From a virus (lineage: Duplodnaviria > Caudoviricetes), in IMG/VR virus record IMGVR_UViG_3300030376_001467, positions 1 to 33,620 of that record: a stretch of 33,620 nucleotides of DNA; one strand, 5' to 3'. The notes below the pieces were generated by a model, which was not told the DNA's origin, did no database searches, and saw nothing but the letters and a program-made list of their open reading frames with translations. This document shows positions 7,442 through 16,009 of this stretch, one piece after another. Position 1 is the first letter of the stretch. Each line of letters opens with the position of its first letter. The position numbers and the translations under genes are program-made.

Positions 7442-7877
7442 TACCTTTTCCTTTTTCATCTTGTGCATATTTATTTCCATCAAATTTACCTAAGAATACA
7501 TCTGCATTAAATCCTAGGTGTGATATTGCTTTTGTTAAGCCATCAGTAATAGCTTTCTTTGGTGCATCATCATCAAGCTTATCTTTTTTTGCATCGTATA
7601 ATAATTTACATCCATTAAATGGACCGAATATATTTTTCTCATCTGCGTGTGTCCAAACAGAAACACCTGATACCACAACTACATCTTTGTTAGGTAAATG
7701 AATATATTCTGTTGTTGAGTTCCAACCCCAACCTACACCCACTACCCCAAACTGTTCAGTAACATTTCTTATTTGATAATGAGCATCAATAGCTGTAAAT
7801 CCACGACCAAAGTCTACTTTTTTAGTGTATGCTTTATCAGTCTTGTTTACCCTATTCCATAGTTCCATATTATCCAT
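7428..7877 (-). CDS. Rad52/Sak-like single-strand annealing protein
   Basis: TAIDA, EQFG..G.GWG, DDDAPKKAITDGLTKA...LGF.ADVF. Confidence 0.8.
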   Translation of the reverse strand: MDNMELWNRVNKTDKAYTKKVDFGRGFTAIDAHYQIRNVTEQFGVVGVGWGWNSTTEYIHLPNKDVVVVSGVSVWTHADEKNIFGPFNGCKLLYDAKKDKLDDDAPKKAITDGLTKAISHLGFNADVFLGKFDGNKYAQDEKGKGNDFF

Positions 7878-8412
7878 AGTCTTCTCCTCTGTTTATGTCT
7901 GGTTCTTCATCTCTTGCAACATATCCCCAGAACTCTTTAATCATATCTAATACTGTTGCAGTATAACTTTCATCGTATGGAACTATCATCCAATCCCATT
8001 TAAGATTGCCAAATATAACAGATAAATAACAAGCATCTGCATTATGTAGCCACATATATAATTGCATTTGTGCTTGATAATATTCTGATACTCTTTTTAT
8101 ATTGTTAAAAGCATTAGTATGTTTGGCTTCAATAATAGAATTATTATATACAGTTCCATCAAGTGTACCTTTTATTGGAACACCATCTAAATCTTTTGTA
8201 AGTTCTAGTTGGTGGTTAGCAACCAATACATTTTCTTCACGTTCAAACCAAGAGAGATTTAAATCCTCTGTAAGTATGCCAATCTGTACTGGTAGTACAT
8301 GATCTAAATTCTCTGGTTCAATGCGACCTGTTTTAATCTTCCATAATTCTAGCCACTCTCCGCGCATAATCTTAACTGCATCAGAGCCACCTATAAAACC
8401 TTTTCTATTCAT
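7870..8412 (-). CDS. YqaJ/lambda-exonuclease-like recombination nuclease
   Basis: R.GFIGGSD, GTLDG, IEAK, YQAQMQLYM; GGAGG RBS before ATG 8412. Confidence 0.9.
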   Translation of the reverse strand: MNRKGFIGGSDAVKIMRGEWLELWKIKTGRIEPENLDHVLPVQIGILTEDLNLSWFEREENVLVANHQLELTKDLDGVPIKGTLDGTVYNNSIIEAKHTNAFNNIKRVSEYYQAQMQLYMWLHNADACYLSVIFGNLKWDWMIVPYDESYTATVLDMIKEFWGYVARDEEPDINRGEDYG

Positions 8413-8522
8413 AATATCCTCCATATTATATATTAGTATTACATAACATTAGTAATTGCAAGGGTGGTCATACGTTAATTAATCATCTTTATTGACGTAT
8501 ATTTAGTTCCAAAACATGGGGG

Positions 8523-8876
8523 TTATGGAACCACCTTTAAGCCTAGAGATGCGGCTATCTTTTTGCGTTCCTCAATGGTTGGTAATTCCTTTTCTGGTTC
8601 TGGTTCTTTAGGTATTGGCTTAACTCTTGGCCTGTTCCTTATAATGATTTGCCTTATGTGTCCTTCATTGGGTGCAATCTTTGGGCTTTGAGAAATGTAT
8701 TGTGCAATTGCTTTTGTTATTTCCTCTTGGCTATAGTCTTGCAATGCATCAGCCCAAGATAACATGAACGCTTCATATACTTGCGGTTGCATATGGTTCA
8801 TAAAAAACTTTTGTCTCATGACTGCTATTTGTATTTGTATCCATTTGCGGTGAGCTTTTAATTTATCTTGTTCCAT
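8523..8876 (-). CDS. Replicative helicase loader/inhibitor-like protein (lambda P / G39P-like)
   Basis: W.DALQDY..EEI..AI..YI......P....I pattern; probable start ATG 8876. Confidence 0.55.
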   Translation of the reverse strand: MEQDKLKAHRKWIQIQIAVMRQKFFMNHMQPQVYEAFMLSWADALQDYSQEEITKAIAQYISQSPKIAPNEGHIRQIIIRNRPRVKPIPKEPEPEKELPTIEERKKIAASLGLKVVP

Positions 8877-8919
8877 AGAAATCTCTTGCGTTATTTGTTT
8901 GATTATGTATTTTGAAATT

Positions 8920-8986
8920 AGCGTGTGTTTCTCCCTGTTCACCACGCTTTGCCCTGCCCAGTTCCTCCATGCTGAGCAGGGCTTTT
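8920..8986. promoter_or_regulatory. Tandem stem-loops (8920-8948, 8951-8982); second followed by T-run on plus strand
   Basis: AGCGTG/CACGCT and GCCCTGCCCAG/CTGAGCAGGGC inverted repeats. Confidence 0.55.
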
Positions 8987-8994
8987 GTTTATAG

Positions 8995-9216
8995 TTAAGA
9001 TGCCAATCTATAAAACGTTACTAGTTTAGGATCAGCAAAATTATAAGTAGAAAGATGATATATAGTATATTTTTCTATGTTCATTCCCTCTTCTTTTAAA
9101 TCATAAATCCTAGCCGCTAATCTAAAGCAACCATATTTATTTAAAGCATCTAATGCTGATATTGGTTCTCCACTTTCAAGATGTTTCTTTATCTTTTTTG
9201 TTTGCGAGTCTGTCAT
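8995..9216 (-). CDS. Winged HTH protein (HTH_39-like)
   Basis: SQ...I..HL..G..IS.LDA...YGCFRLAARIYDLK..G..I. Confidence 0.8.
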   Translation of the reverse strand: MTDSQTKKIKKHLESGEPISALDALNKYGCFRLAARIYDLKEEGMNIEKYTIYHLSTYNFADPKLVTFYRLAS

Positions 9217-9319
9217 TGTATTCCCTTTCTATTTTTCTAAGACCTTTTAAATGATCTGCTATTTTCTTTTCTATTGCTTTCTTAAGTTCCGGTGTTGGTG
9301 CGTCTACTATTATTTCCAT
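9176..9319 (-). CDS. Hypothetical 47-aa protein MEIIVDAPTPELKKAIEKK... (not in ORF track)
   Basis: GAGGG RBS, start overlaps upstream stop, fills gap. Confidence 0.55.
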   Translation of the reverse strand: MEIIVDAPTPELKKAIEKKIADHLKGLRKIEREYNDRLANKKDKETS

Positions 9320-9753
9320 CATACCCTCATACTACATTCATCAAAATCTGTGCCTAGTTCTTGACGCCATTCCCAATAGTCTTCGATTGCCATCTCTTCT
9401 AAACGAGCAACAATAACAAGCATTGCATTTTCATTAAATAAATTAAGATTGTGTTCGATAACTTCAGAAACTTTGCAAGGACTTTTAGTTTCATCAATAG
9501 TATTTGCACCGAATGAAATCATTGTTAGCTCTGGATCTTCTTCCACTTCTCTATAATGGTAGTTCATTCGACCATCATCATCTAATCTAAACATAGCGTC
9601 ATATGCTATATTATCTTTGCTATAGAAAACATTAAAAGTTTTATCTTTGGTGGTAGTAGGTTTGAACTCTACTACCTCCTTTCCTGTTAACACTTGGTTT
9701 AACTGCTCTAATCCTTCTAACATTAGTTTGTTTACTTTACTCATAGAATCCAT
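9319..9753 (-). CDS. Hypothetical acidic early protein
   Basis: 144-aa ORF coupled to neighbours. Confidence 0.65.
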   Translation of the reverse strand: MDSMSKVNKLMLEGLEQLNQVLTGKEVVEFKPTTTKDKTFNVFYSKDNIAYDAMFRLDDDGRMNYHYREVEEDPELTMISFGANTIDETKSPCKVSEVIEHNLNLFNENAMLVIVARLEEMAIEDYWEWRQELGTDFDECSMRV

Positions 9754-9928
9754 CCCTTTCTGCTTTTGCTTCCCAGTTCTTCAATGCTCTTTTCTTAAAC
9801 TTCTCAGCGTCAAAGTTGGGGTTTGTTTTTGCTAATGAATTAGCCATGGTTTCAACATCAGTAGCCCACCCCAGCAAAGGGGCGAACTCATCAGCTATAA
9901 ATTCAAAGTGTTGTCTTGTTAGTTTCAT
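9737..9928 (-). CDS. Hypothetical early protein (MKLTRQHFEFIA...NPNFDAEKF)
   Basis: Probable start ATG 9928; T.+HF..IA / NP.FD...F pattern recurrent in small phage early proteins. Confidence 0.7.
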   Translation of the reverse strand: MKLTRQHFEFIADEFAPLLGWATDVETMANSLAKTNPNFDAEKFKKRALKNWEAKAERDGFYE

Positions 9929-9929
9929 A

Positions 9930-10181
9930 TTAATTCCACTCCATTTTATTAGTTTTTCTATCACGGTATTTTATTCCTACGCACCCATAATCAAACATCC
10001 AATCATCAAGTGGCTCAAATAGCTTTTCTGTTAAGTCGTCGTTTGAGTAGCCACGCGCATACAAGTTCTCGTCATCATCATATAGCTCAAAATAATAAGG
10101 ATAATCTTTAGTTTCTTCTGCTGTTCTTTTTCGTGGTTCTTCTTTGTCAATAACGTTGTGTGTGATTATGTAGTTTTTCAT
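9930..10181 (-). CDS. Hypothetical early protein (first gene of minus arm)
   Basis: GGAGG RBS; FELYDDD..LY.RG, PLDDW...YGC..IKY. Confidence 0.7.
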   Translation of the reverse strand: MKNYIITHNVIDKEEPRKRTAEETKDYPYYFELYDDDENLYARGYSNDDLTEKLFEPLDDWMFDYGCVGIKYRDRKTNKMEWN

Positions 10182-10200
10182 TTGATAACCTCCATGTTAT

Positions 10201-10235
10201 ACCACCTATTATGCATATATTAAAGGTGGTGGCAA
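10201..10235 (-). promoter_or_regulatory. Sigma70-like early promoter overlapped by inverted repeat
   Basis: Minus strand TTGCCA-N16-CATAAT; ACCACCT (10201-10207)/AGGTGGT (10224-10230). Confidence 0.6.
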
Positions 10236-10287
10236 GCATTAATTTAGTTTCATAGAATCAACAACTAACATTCTATTTATCCGAACT

Positions 10288-10330
10288 TAGAAAAAGGGTG
10301 TTGACAAGCTCTTTTTCTATGCCCTATGAA
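10288..10330 (+). promoter_or_regulatory. Sigma70-like promoter for terS arm with inverted repeat flanking the -35
   Basis: TTGACA (10301-10306)-N18-TATGAA; TAGAAAAAG (10288-10296)/CTTTTTCTA (10311-10319). Confidence 0.55.
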
Positions 10331-10426
10331 TGGGGGGGATCATAGGGGGGGACTACTCGAAACAACAAAACATATTAAAAATATATGTATCGCAGTTTCG
10401 ATACTATAAACCTCGAAGAGTAAAGA

Positions 10427-10795
10427 ATGGATAACAGAAAACTTACAGACAAACAAACAGCACTTGTTGACACCATCGTAGCAACTGGATGTTCTATAAC
10501 TCACGGAGCTAAAGTTGCAGGATATGCGAAGGGTGAGAGTGGCAGAGTGACTGCTAGCAAGGCTCTTAAGCTTCCTCATGTGCAGGAATATATGATGAGG
10601 CAGATTCAAGAAACGATTGGAATCAATGCTACAAAAGCCGTACAACAGGTTGCGAAGTTAGCAACAGGGGCAAAGAGTGAGTATGTTCAGCTTGAAGCGA
10701 GCAAGGATATACTAGACCGAGCAGGATATAAACCTATTGACAGGGCTCAGGTACAGGTTGCAGGGGATATTAGGGTCAGCATAGATCTGGGGTAG
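10427..10795 (+). CDS. terS: Terminase small subunit
   Basis: KLTDKQ, A.VAGY, A...LK.PHV, ASKDILDRAGYK; upstream of TerL. Confidence 0.8.
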   Translation: MDNRKLTDKQTALVDTIVATGCSITHGAKVAGYAKGESGRVTASKALKLPHVQEYMMRQIQETIGINATKAVQQVAKLATGAKSEYVQLEASKDILDRAGYKPIDRAQVQVAGDIRVSIDLG

Positions 10796-11030
10796 CAGAG
10801 CGAGACGCAAGTATCGAGCGACGCGGTAGATTGAAGCAGGTTCACTCTGAGCTATGGGGCTCCCGTTCACCTGCTACTCTTATCGCTTCGCTTAGCCGAA
10901 CTCTGCGAGTTCATACGAGTCAAGATTATACATCGGCTAACGCATACCACCTGTCCTAACGGACAAGAAATGAGATTGCTGTCGCAATCGAGGTTATTCT
11001 GGCTGCGTGTTTGCCCCCAAGGGGGGTCAA
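10792..11030. other. GC-rich multi-hairpin non-coding element (candidate single-strand origin / packaging site / ncRNA)
   Basis: Multiple inverted repeats; GC content visibly above genome average; no convincing ORF. Confidence 0.55.
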
Positions 11031-11126
11031 AAACTTGCACTTTCGTTGCCATAGTGATCTACAACAAACATTTTTCTTGAAAAAGGCTCGATGTCTGCTA
11101 GAAGGAATTAACACACAGGAGTTGTT

Positions 11127-11402
11127 ATGGAAAAAGCAAGGTTTAATCATGAGTTGATTGCTAACTTAACAGCAGCAGATGTGGAGAAAATGAGTGAAGA
11201 TGATGTAATAAGGGCTTTAGATTATATTTCTCCTGCAACAGCCCATGAAGCTGCTGTAACTCAAGAAGATTCTAGTCTCTTAAAGAGAGGAACTAATAAG
11301 TTTATAAAGAGTATGCTAGCTACAAGAGAGAGAACATACTCTAAACAATTATTATTACTTAGAAAAAGGTTAGATTTTCTACACAAACAGGAGGGTTTTT
11401 AA
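11127..11402 (+). CDS. Hypothetical protein
   Basis: AGGAG RBS; TAATG coupling to next gene. Confidence 0.7.
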   Translation: MEKARFNHELIANLTAADVEKMSEDDVIRALDYISPATAHEAAVTQEDSSLLKRGTNKFIKSMLATRERTYSKQLLLLRKRLDFLHKQEGF

Positions 11403-11845
11403 TGGGATTTCCATTAGAATTAATAACAATGCTAGGTTCTACAATGTTAGGCGGTGTTATGTCTTTGTGGGGTCAAGCATTAAAGGCAAGAATAGAAAAT
11501 AATAAAATGTTGTTGCAACGCGGAGAGTTTCGCGCTGGTGCAGCGAGCGCAGCTAGAGAATATGGCAGTAAAGACAAACATTTTGCTTGGACACGTAGAC
11601 TCATTGCCCTTGGTGCGGTGGGTGCAATAATTGTTTTGCCTAAGTTTGCTGCAATATTTTACCCAGAGGTGGGTGTTGTGGTTGGTTATTCAGAGATACA
11701 AGGGAATATATTTTCTTTCTTAGTAGGTTCTGATAGCGAAAGAGTTATTTGGAAAGAAGCAGCAGGGTTTGTTATTACACCCCTAGATACACACATCGTT
11801 AGTGCTATCGTTGGGTTGTATTTTGGTGCAGGATTTGCAAAATAA
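11402..11845 (+). CDS. Membrane protein, holin-like (resembles 3-TM GTA-type holins)
   Basis: Hydrophobic N-terminus, WTRR + TM, C-terminal IVSAIVGLYFG. Confidence 0.55.
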   Translation: MGFPLELITMLGSTMLGGVMSLWGQALKARIENNKMLLQRGEFRAGAASAAREYGSKDKHFAWTRRLIALGAVGAIIVLPKFAAIFYPEVGVVVGYSEIQGNIFSFLVGSDSERVIWKEAAGFVITPLDTHIVSAIVGLYFGAGFAK

Positions 11846-12039
11846 TGAGCTTTATTTCTACGCTTTCCCCACAGGAGCTAGAGGTTTTAAGAACGGTTGT
11901 TAAGACTGTAAACTTTAAACACTACCCAAAAGATTTCTGCACTAATTATGAAGCAGATAAACTTATTGATTCTCTAGCACCTGCTACTGTAGAAAAGATA
12001 ATGCGTGTAGGTGTAGATTCTGGAATTGTGAACAAGTGA
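11845..12039 (+). CDS. Hypothetical protein
   Basis: Coupled on both sides (TAATG, GTGA). Confidence 0.7.
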   Translation: MSFISTLSPQELEVLRTVVKTVNFKHYPKDFCTNYEADKLIDSLAPATVEKIMRVGVDSGIVNK

Positions 12040-13559
12040 TTGACTTTAAATACAAGCCTGATGGAGAAACCCTAAAACAATTTATGAAAGACGATACCTT
12101 CTTTCGTGGTATTCGTGGGCCAGTAGGATCTGGTAAATCTGTTGGGTGTTGTGTTGAAGTTTTTCGCAGGGCATTGATGCAAAAAAAGAACAGCAATGGT
12201 ATTAGGCGCAGCCGATGGGCTATTATTCGTAATACCAACCCACAGCTTAAAACAACAACAATAAAAACTTGGCTTGATTGGTTTCCCGAAAGCGATTGGG
12301 GTAAGTTTACTTGGTCTGTTCCATACACTCACAATATTAAAAAGGGCGATATAGAGTTAGAAGTTCTATTCTTAGCCCTTGACCGCCCTGAAGATGTTAA
12401 GAAATTGCTATCTCTCGAACTTACTGGCATCTGGATCAATGAAGCTAGAGAAATACCTAAGAGTATTATTGATGCGTGTACCATGCGCGTAGGGCGGTTC
12501 CCTTCTATGCGTGAAGGAGGCCCAAGTTGGACAGGTGTTATCGCAGATACCAACGCTCCAGAGGAAGATCATTGGTGGCCTATTATGTCAGGCGAAGTTC
12601 CGATACCAGATCATATACCAAGAGAGCAAGCTAAGATGCTTGTTAAGCCTGATAACTGGTTATTCTTTACACAACCCTCTGGAATGACTGAAAAGCTTAC
12701 TAAAGAAGGTGAGATAGATCGTTACGAAATAAATAAAAAAGCAGAAAATTGTAACAATATGATGGACTCTTACTATCCTAACCTTATACAAGGTAAGACA
12801 AAGAGTTGGATTGATGTCTATGTAATGAATAGACTAGGAACCATTAAAGACGGAAAGCCTATATATCCTATGTTTGTAACAGAAACACACGTTGCTAAAG
12901 AAGAAATACCAGTCGCAGCAGGTAATCCGCTCTATATTGGGCTTGACTTTGGACTAACACCTGCGGCAGTTCTTGGTCAAAAAGTAAGAGGTAGATGGTT
13001 TGTACAATCAGAGATCGTTGCGTTTGATATGGGTATTGTTAGGTTTGCTGAAGTTCTTCGTGAAGAGATTGCCACTCGGTTTTCTGAAGCTTCTGAAGTT
13101 CTTATATATGGCGATCCTGCTGGTGATTTCCGCGCGCAAACCGACGAGTCCACCCCTTTCCATGTCCTTCGAGGTGCTGGTCTTAGAGCATATCCCGCTC
13201 CGTCTAATTCCGTTGACCTTAGACTTGAGTCGGTCAATTCGCAACTTAATAAAATGGCTGAAGGTAAACCTGCGTTTCTAGTAGATAGACGTTGTTCTCA
13301 GCTTATTAAAGGGTTTGAAGGTGGGTATCAGTACAGAAGAATGGAAGTATCTGGAGAAAGATACGCTGATAAACCAGATAAAAATATGTATTCACACATA
13401 CACGATGCATTGCAGTATATGCTTCTTGGCGCAGGAGAAGGTAGGGCATTAATGAGCAATCAAGTTGCAGCTAAACCTACAATAGCTAAGACTAATTTTG
13501 ATGTATTTGCTAAACAAAAGTCTCCAAGACGTAGACAAGGGCTATGGTCGCGTATGTAA
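12036..13559 (+). CDS. terL: Terminase large subunit
   Basis: Walker A GPVGSGKS, Walker B IWINE, DTN coupling motif, nuclease GLDFG, GDPAG, HIHDALQY. Confidence 0.95.
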   Translation: MIDFKYKPDGETLKQFMKDDTFFRGIRGPVGSGKSVGCCVEVFRRALMQKKNSNGIRRSRWAIIRNTNPQLKTTTIKTWLDWFPESDWGKFTWSVPYTHNIKKGDIELEVLFLALDRPEDVKKLLSLELTGIWINEAREIPKSIIDACTMRVGRFPSMREGGPSWTGVIADTNAPEEDHWWPIMSGEVPIPDHIPREQAKMLVKPDNWLFFTQPSGMTEKLTKEGEIDRYEINKKAENCNNMMDSYYPNLIQGKTKSWIDVYVMNRLGTIKDGKPIYPMFVTETHVAKEEIPVAAGNPLYIGLDFGLTPAAVLGQKVRGRWFVQSEIVAFDMGIVRFAEVLREEIATRFSEASEVLIYGDPAGDFRAQTDESTPFHVLRGAGLRAYPAPSNSVDLRLESVNSQLNKMAEGKPAFLVDRRCSQLIKGFEGGYQYRRMEVSGERYADKPDKNMYSHIHDALQYMLLGAGEGRALMSNQVAAKPTIAKTNFDVFAKQKSPRRRQGLWSRM

Positions 13560-13590
13560 TTGTGCGTTGAATTATTATTTATTCTATGCT
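13560..13590 (+). promoter_or_regulatory. TTGTGCGTTG motif + TATGCT (candidate late promoter for head genes)
   Basis: Exact 10-mer also at 17153, 29183 and 4168. Confidence 0.6.
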
Positions 13591-13624
13591 TATCGAGAAT
13601 AAACAGCAACAAAAAGGTAATGTT

Positions 13625-14182
13625 ATGTGTTTTCCTACAATTGGTAAAGAAGCTAAAGCAAAATCATTTAGTGGTACATTTGAAGAATATCAAGCTATGA
13701 GAAACTCTCAAGGTAACTACACAGAAAATGTTTCGGAAGCTGTTCAAAGAAAAGATTATGAAAAAGCTGTAGCTGCTGGAAAAGAAACAGGTGTTGATGC
13801 TTCGCAAGCTGAGCAAGAAAAAGAAATAAAAGAAGCTAAAAAAACTGAAGCAGAAAAAACTGCTGATATTAAAAGCGAAGCATTAGAACAAAAAATTGCT
13901 ACTGTTACTGCGCCAGTTTCTACAATGGAAACAGAAGCAGCTGCTAAAAAACGACAGAAAGAAACAACAGTAAATATTGAAAGTGAAGCTGAAGTGTCTC
14001 CTCTTGAAACTAAAGCTGAAGTTGAGCCATTTGAAACTTCTTTGTTATCCAGTAAAGTTCAAGAACAAGCAAAACAATTTGAAGGGCTTTCAAAAAGAAG
14101 AAGTAGATCTAGAGGTAGAAGATCTTTAATAACTGGAAAATCTGGCGGTGGTATTGGTTATTACAGCAAATTCTTTACATAG
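13625..14182 (+). CDS. Charged low-complexity virion-associated protein preceding portal
   Basis: Probable start MCF at 13625; E/K/A-rich; C-terminal RGRRSLITG; position before T7-type portal. Confidence 0.65.
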   Translation: MCFPTIGKEAKAKSFSGTFEEYQAMRNSQGNYTENVSEAVQRKDYEKAVAAGKETGVDASQAEQEKEIKEAKKTEAEKTADIKSEALEQKIATVTAPVSTMETEAAAKKRQKETTVNIESEAEVSPLETKAEVEPFETSLLSSKVQEQAKQFEGLSKRRSRSRGRRSLITGKSGGGIGYYSKFFT

Positions 14183-14190
14183 GATAAAAC

Positions 14191-15750
14191 ATGATAGAAG
14201 ATCCAATTGCAAAAAAATATCTTGAGCAGTATGAAAAAGCCAAGGCAAAGAGAGAAAATTTCGTACCATTGTTTGAAGAGTGTTACGAATATGCGCTACC
14301 TCAACGAGAATCTTTTTACAATGAGACAATAGGACAGCGCAGAGACGATAAGATATTTGATGAAACTGCTGTAGTAGGTGTGCAGGAATTTGCATCAAGA
14401 TTGCAATCAGGTCTTGTACCTAATTTTGCTAGGTGGGCTGATTTAACTTCTGGATCGGAAGTACCTAAAGAAGAACGCGACTTTGTTAACAATGAACTAG
14501 ATGAGGTAACTGAATATGTTTTTGAAATTATCCAAAACTCTAACTTTTCCCAAGAAGTGCATGAGTCTTTTATGGACTTGGCTATCGGGACTGGCGTCTT
14601 GGCTGCGGAAGAAGGTGATGCGTTAAACCCTATTAGGTTTTCTGCAATACCTCTCCCTCATGTAATACTTGATACTGGACCTGATGATCGTATTGATCAT
14701 GTGTTTAGAGAAAGAAAAAATATTAGATTTGATCAGCTACAGATATTATATCCTGACGCTACATTAAATGAAAAAATACAAAACATGATGAGTAATAATA
14801 ACAATGCAACAACAACTGTATTGGAATTAATATGTAGAGATTATTCTAAACAAAACCAAGAAGCTTATCTTAGTTATGCTTTTTGTATGACAACTAAGAG
14901 TATTATTTATTATAAACAAATGGCAGGTGTAGGTTCTAATCCTTTTATTTGTTTTCGTTGGTCTAAATGCGCAGGTGAAGTTTATGGGCGTGGGCCACTT
15001 ATGAACGCACTCTCTGCAATTAAAACAACTAATTTAACAATAGAGTTAATATTAGAAAATGCACAGATGTCTATCTCTGGTATTTATCAAATGGATGACG
15101 ATGGTATTGTTAATCCAGATACAATACAGCTAGTGCCAGGATCTATAATACCAAAAGCTATTGGATCAGCAGGATTGCAACCAATACAAGCAGCAGGTGG
15201 GTTTGATGTAGCGCAACTTGTTCTTGGTGATATGCGTTTAAATATTAAACGTGCATTATATAACGATATGTTAGGCAATCCAGATAAAACTCCTGCATCT
15301 GCTACTGAGGTTGCAGAGCGTATGGCTGATTTATCAAGAAGAATTGGCTCTGCATTTGGCAGATTGCAAGCAGAATTAGTGCAGCCAGTGTTGCAACGTG
15401 TTATTTATATACTTAAAAAGCAAGGAAGAATAGATTTACCTACTGTAAATGGCAGGGAAGTTAAAATTAAATCTGTATCTCCACTAGCACAAGCACAAGC
15501 TAATCAAGATATTACTTCTGTTGCTAGGTTTTTAGAATTAATTCAAGGTAGATTTGGCCCTGAGATGATGCAGCTTCTTATTAACGGAGAAGAAACTGCT
15601 GCTTTCCTTGCTAAGAAATTTGGTGTACCAGATAGCTTGATTCGTGACGAACAAGAGCGTAAACAATTAGTTGCGATGGCACAGCAAATGGCTCAGCAAC
15701 AACAGATGATGCAGGAGCCTCAACAAGAGGAGCAAATGCTTGAGCAATAA
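14191..15750 (+). CDS. Portal (T7-type head-to-tail connector)
   Basis: FD.TA, DL..GTG, RW....GEVYGRGP, SATEV.ER, Gln-rich C-terminus; 519 aa. Confidence 0.93.
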   Translation: MIEDPIAKKYLEQYEKAKAKRENFVPLFEECYEYALPQRESFYNETIGQRRDDKIFDETAVVGVQEFASRLQSGLVPNFARWADLTSGSEVPKEERDFVNNELDEVTEYVFEIIQNSNFSQEVHESFMDLAIGTGVLAAEEGDALNPIRFSAIPLPHVILDTGPDDRIDHVFRERKNIRFDQLQILYPDATLNEKIQNMMSNNNNATTTVLELICRDYSKQNQEAYLSYAFCMTTKSIIYYKQMAGVGSNPFICFRWSKCAGEVYGRGPLMNALSAIKTTNLTIELILENAQMSISGIYQMDDDGIVNPDTIQLVPGSIIPKAIGSAGLQPIQAAGGFDVAQLVLGDMRLNIKRALYNDMLGNPDKTPASATEVAERMADLSRRIGSAFGRLQAELVQPVLQRVIYILKKQGRIDLPTVNGREVKIKSVSPLAQAQANQDITSVARFLELIQGRFGPEMMQLLINGEETAAFLAKKFGVPDSLIRDEQERKQLVAMAQQMAQQQQMMQEPQQEEQMLEQ

Positions 15751-16009
15751 ACAAGCAATTAATATTGGCATTGATGGAATACAAAGAACAACAGAGCAAG
15801 ATAAAAAGATAAGTAAAAATATTGCACAAATATTTCAAAGTCCTACTGGCAAAGAAGTTCTTAAGTACCTAAGATCAATAAGTATTGAAATGGTACACGG
15901 TGCTAATGTATCTACTGAAGAATTAAGACACATAGAAGGGCAGCGTTATATAGTTGGCCTGATAGAAAATCGTATTAACCATGCACATAGGATTAAAACA
16001 AATGGATGA
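15740..16009 (+). CDS. Small post-portal protein (Bbp19-like)
   Basis: F.SP.GKEVL.YL...EGQR..V..I. Confidence 0.7.
   Translation: MSNKQAINIGIDGIQRTTEQDKKISKNIAQIFQSPTGKEVLKYLRSISIEMVHGANVSTEELRHIEGQRYIVGLIENRINHAHRIKTNG

Noticed and set aside
8425-8466. Internal early promoter upstream of the exonuclease
   Set aside because: TTGCAA and TATAAT are both present on the minus strand but their spacing does not fit 16-18 nt; plausible but not supportable
10940-11010. Hammerhead or other self-cleaving ribozyme / tRNA
   Set aside because: GTCC-GTTA-GGAC resembles a hammerhead stem II but CUGANGA and GAAA cores are not correctly placed on either strand; no cloverleaf or TTCGA arm
10867-11150. Minus-strand ORFs 10867-11052 and 10956-11150, and 10340-10645
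   Set aside because: No RBS or protein-like composition; explained by GC-rich structured DNA and antisense to terS
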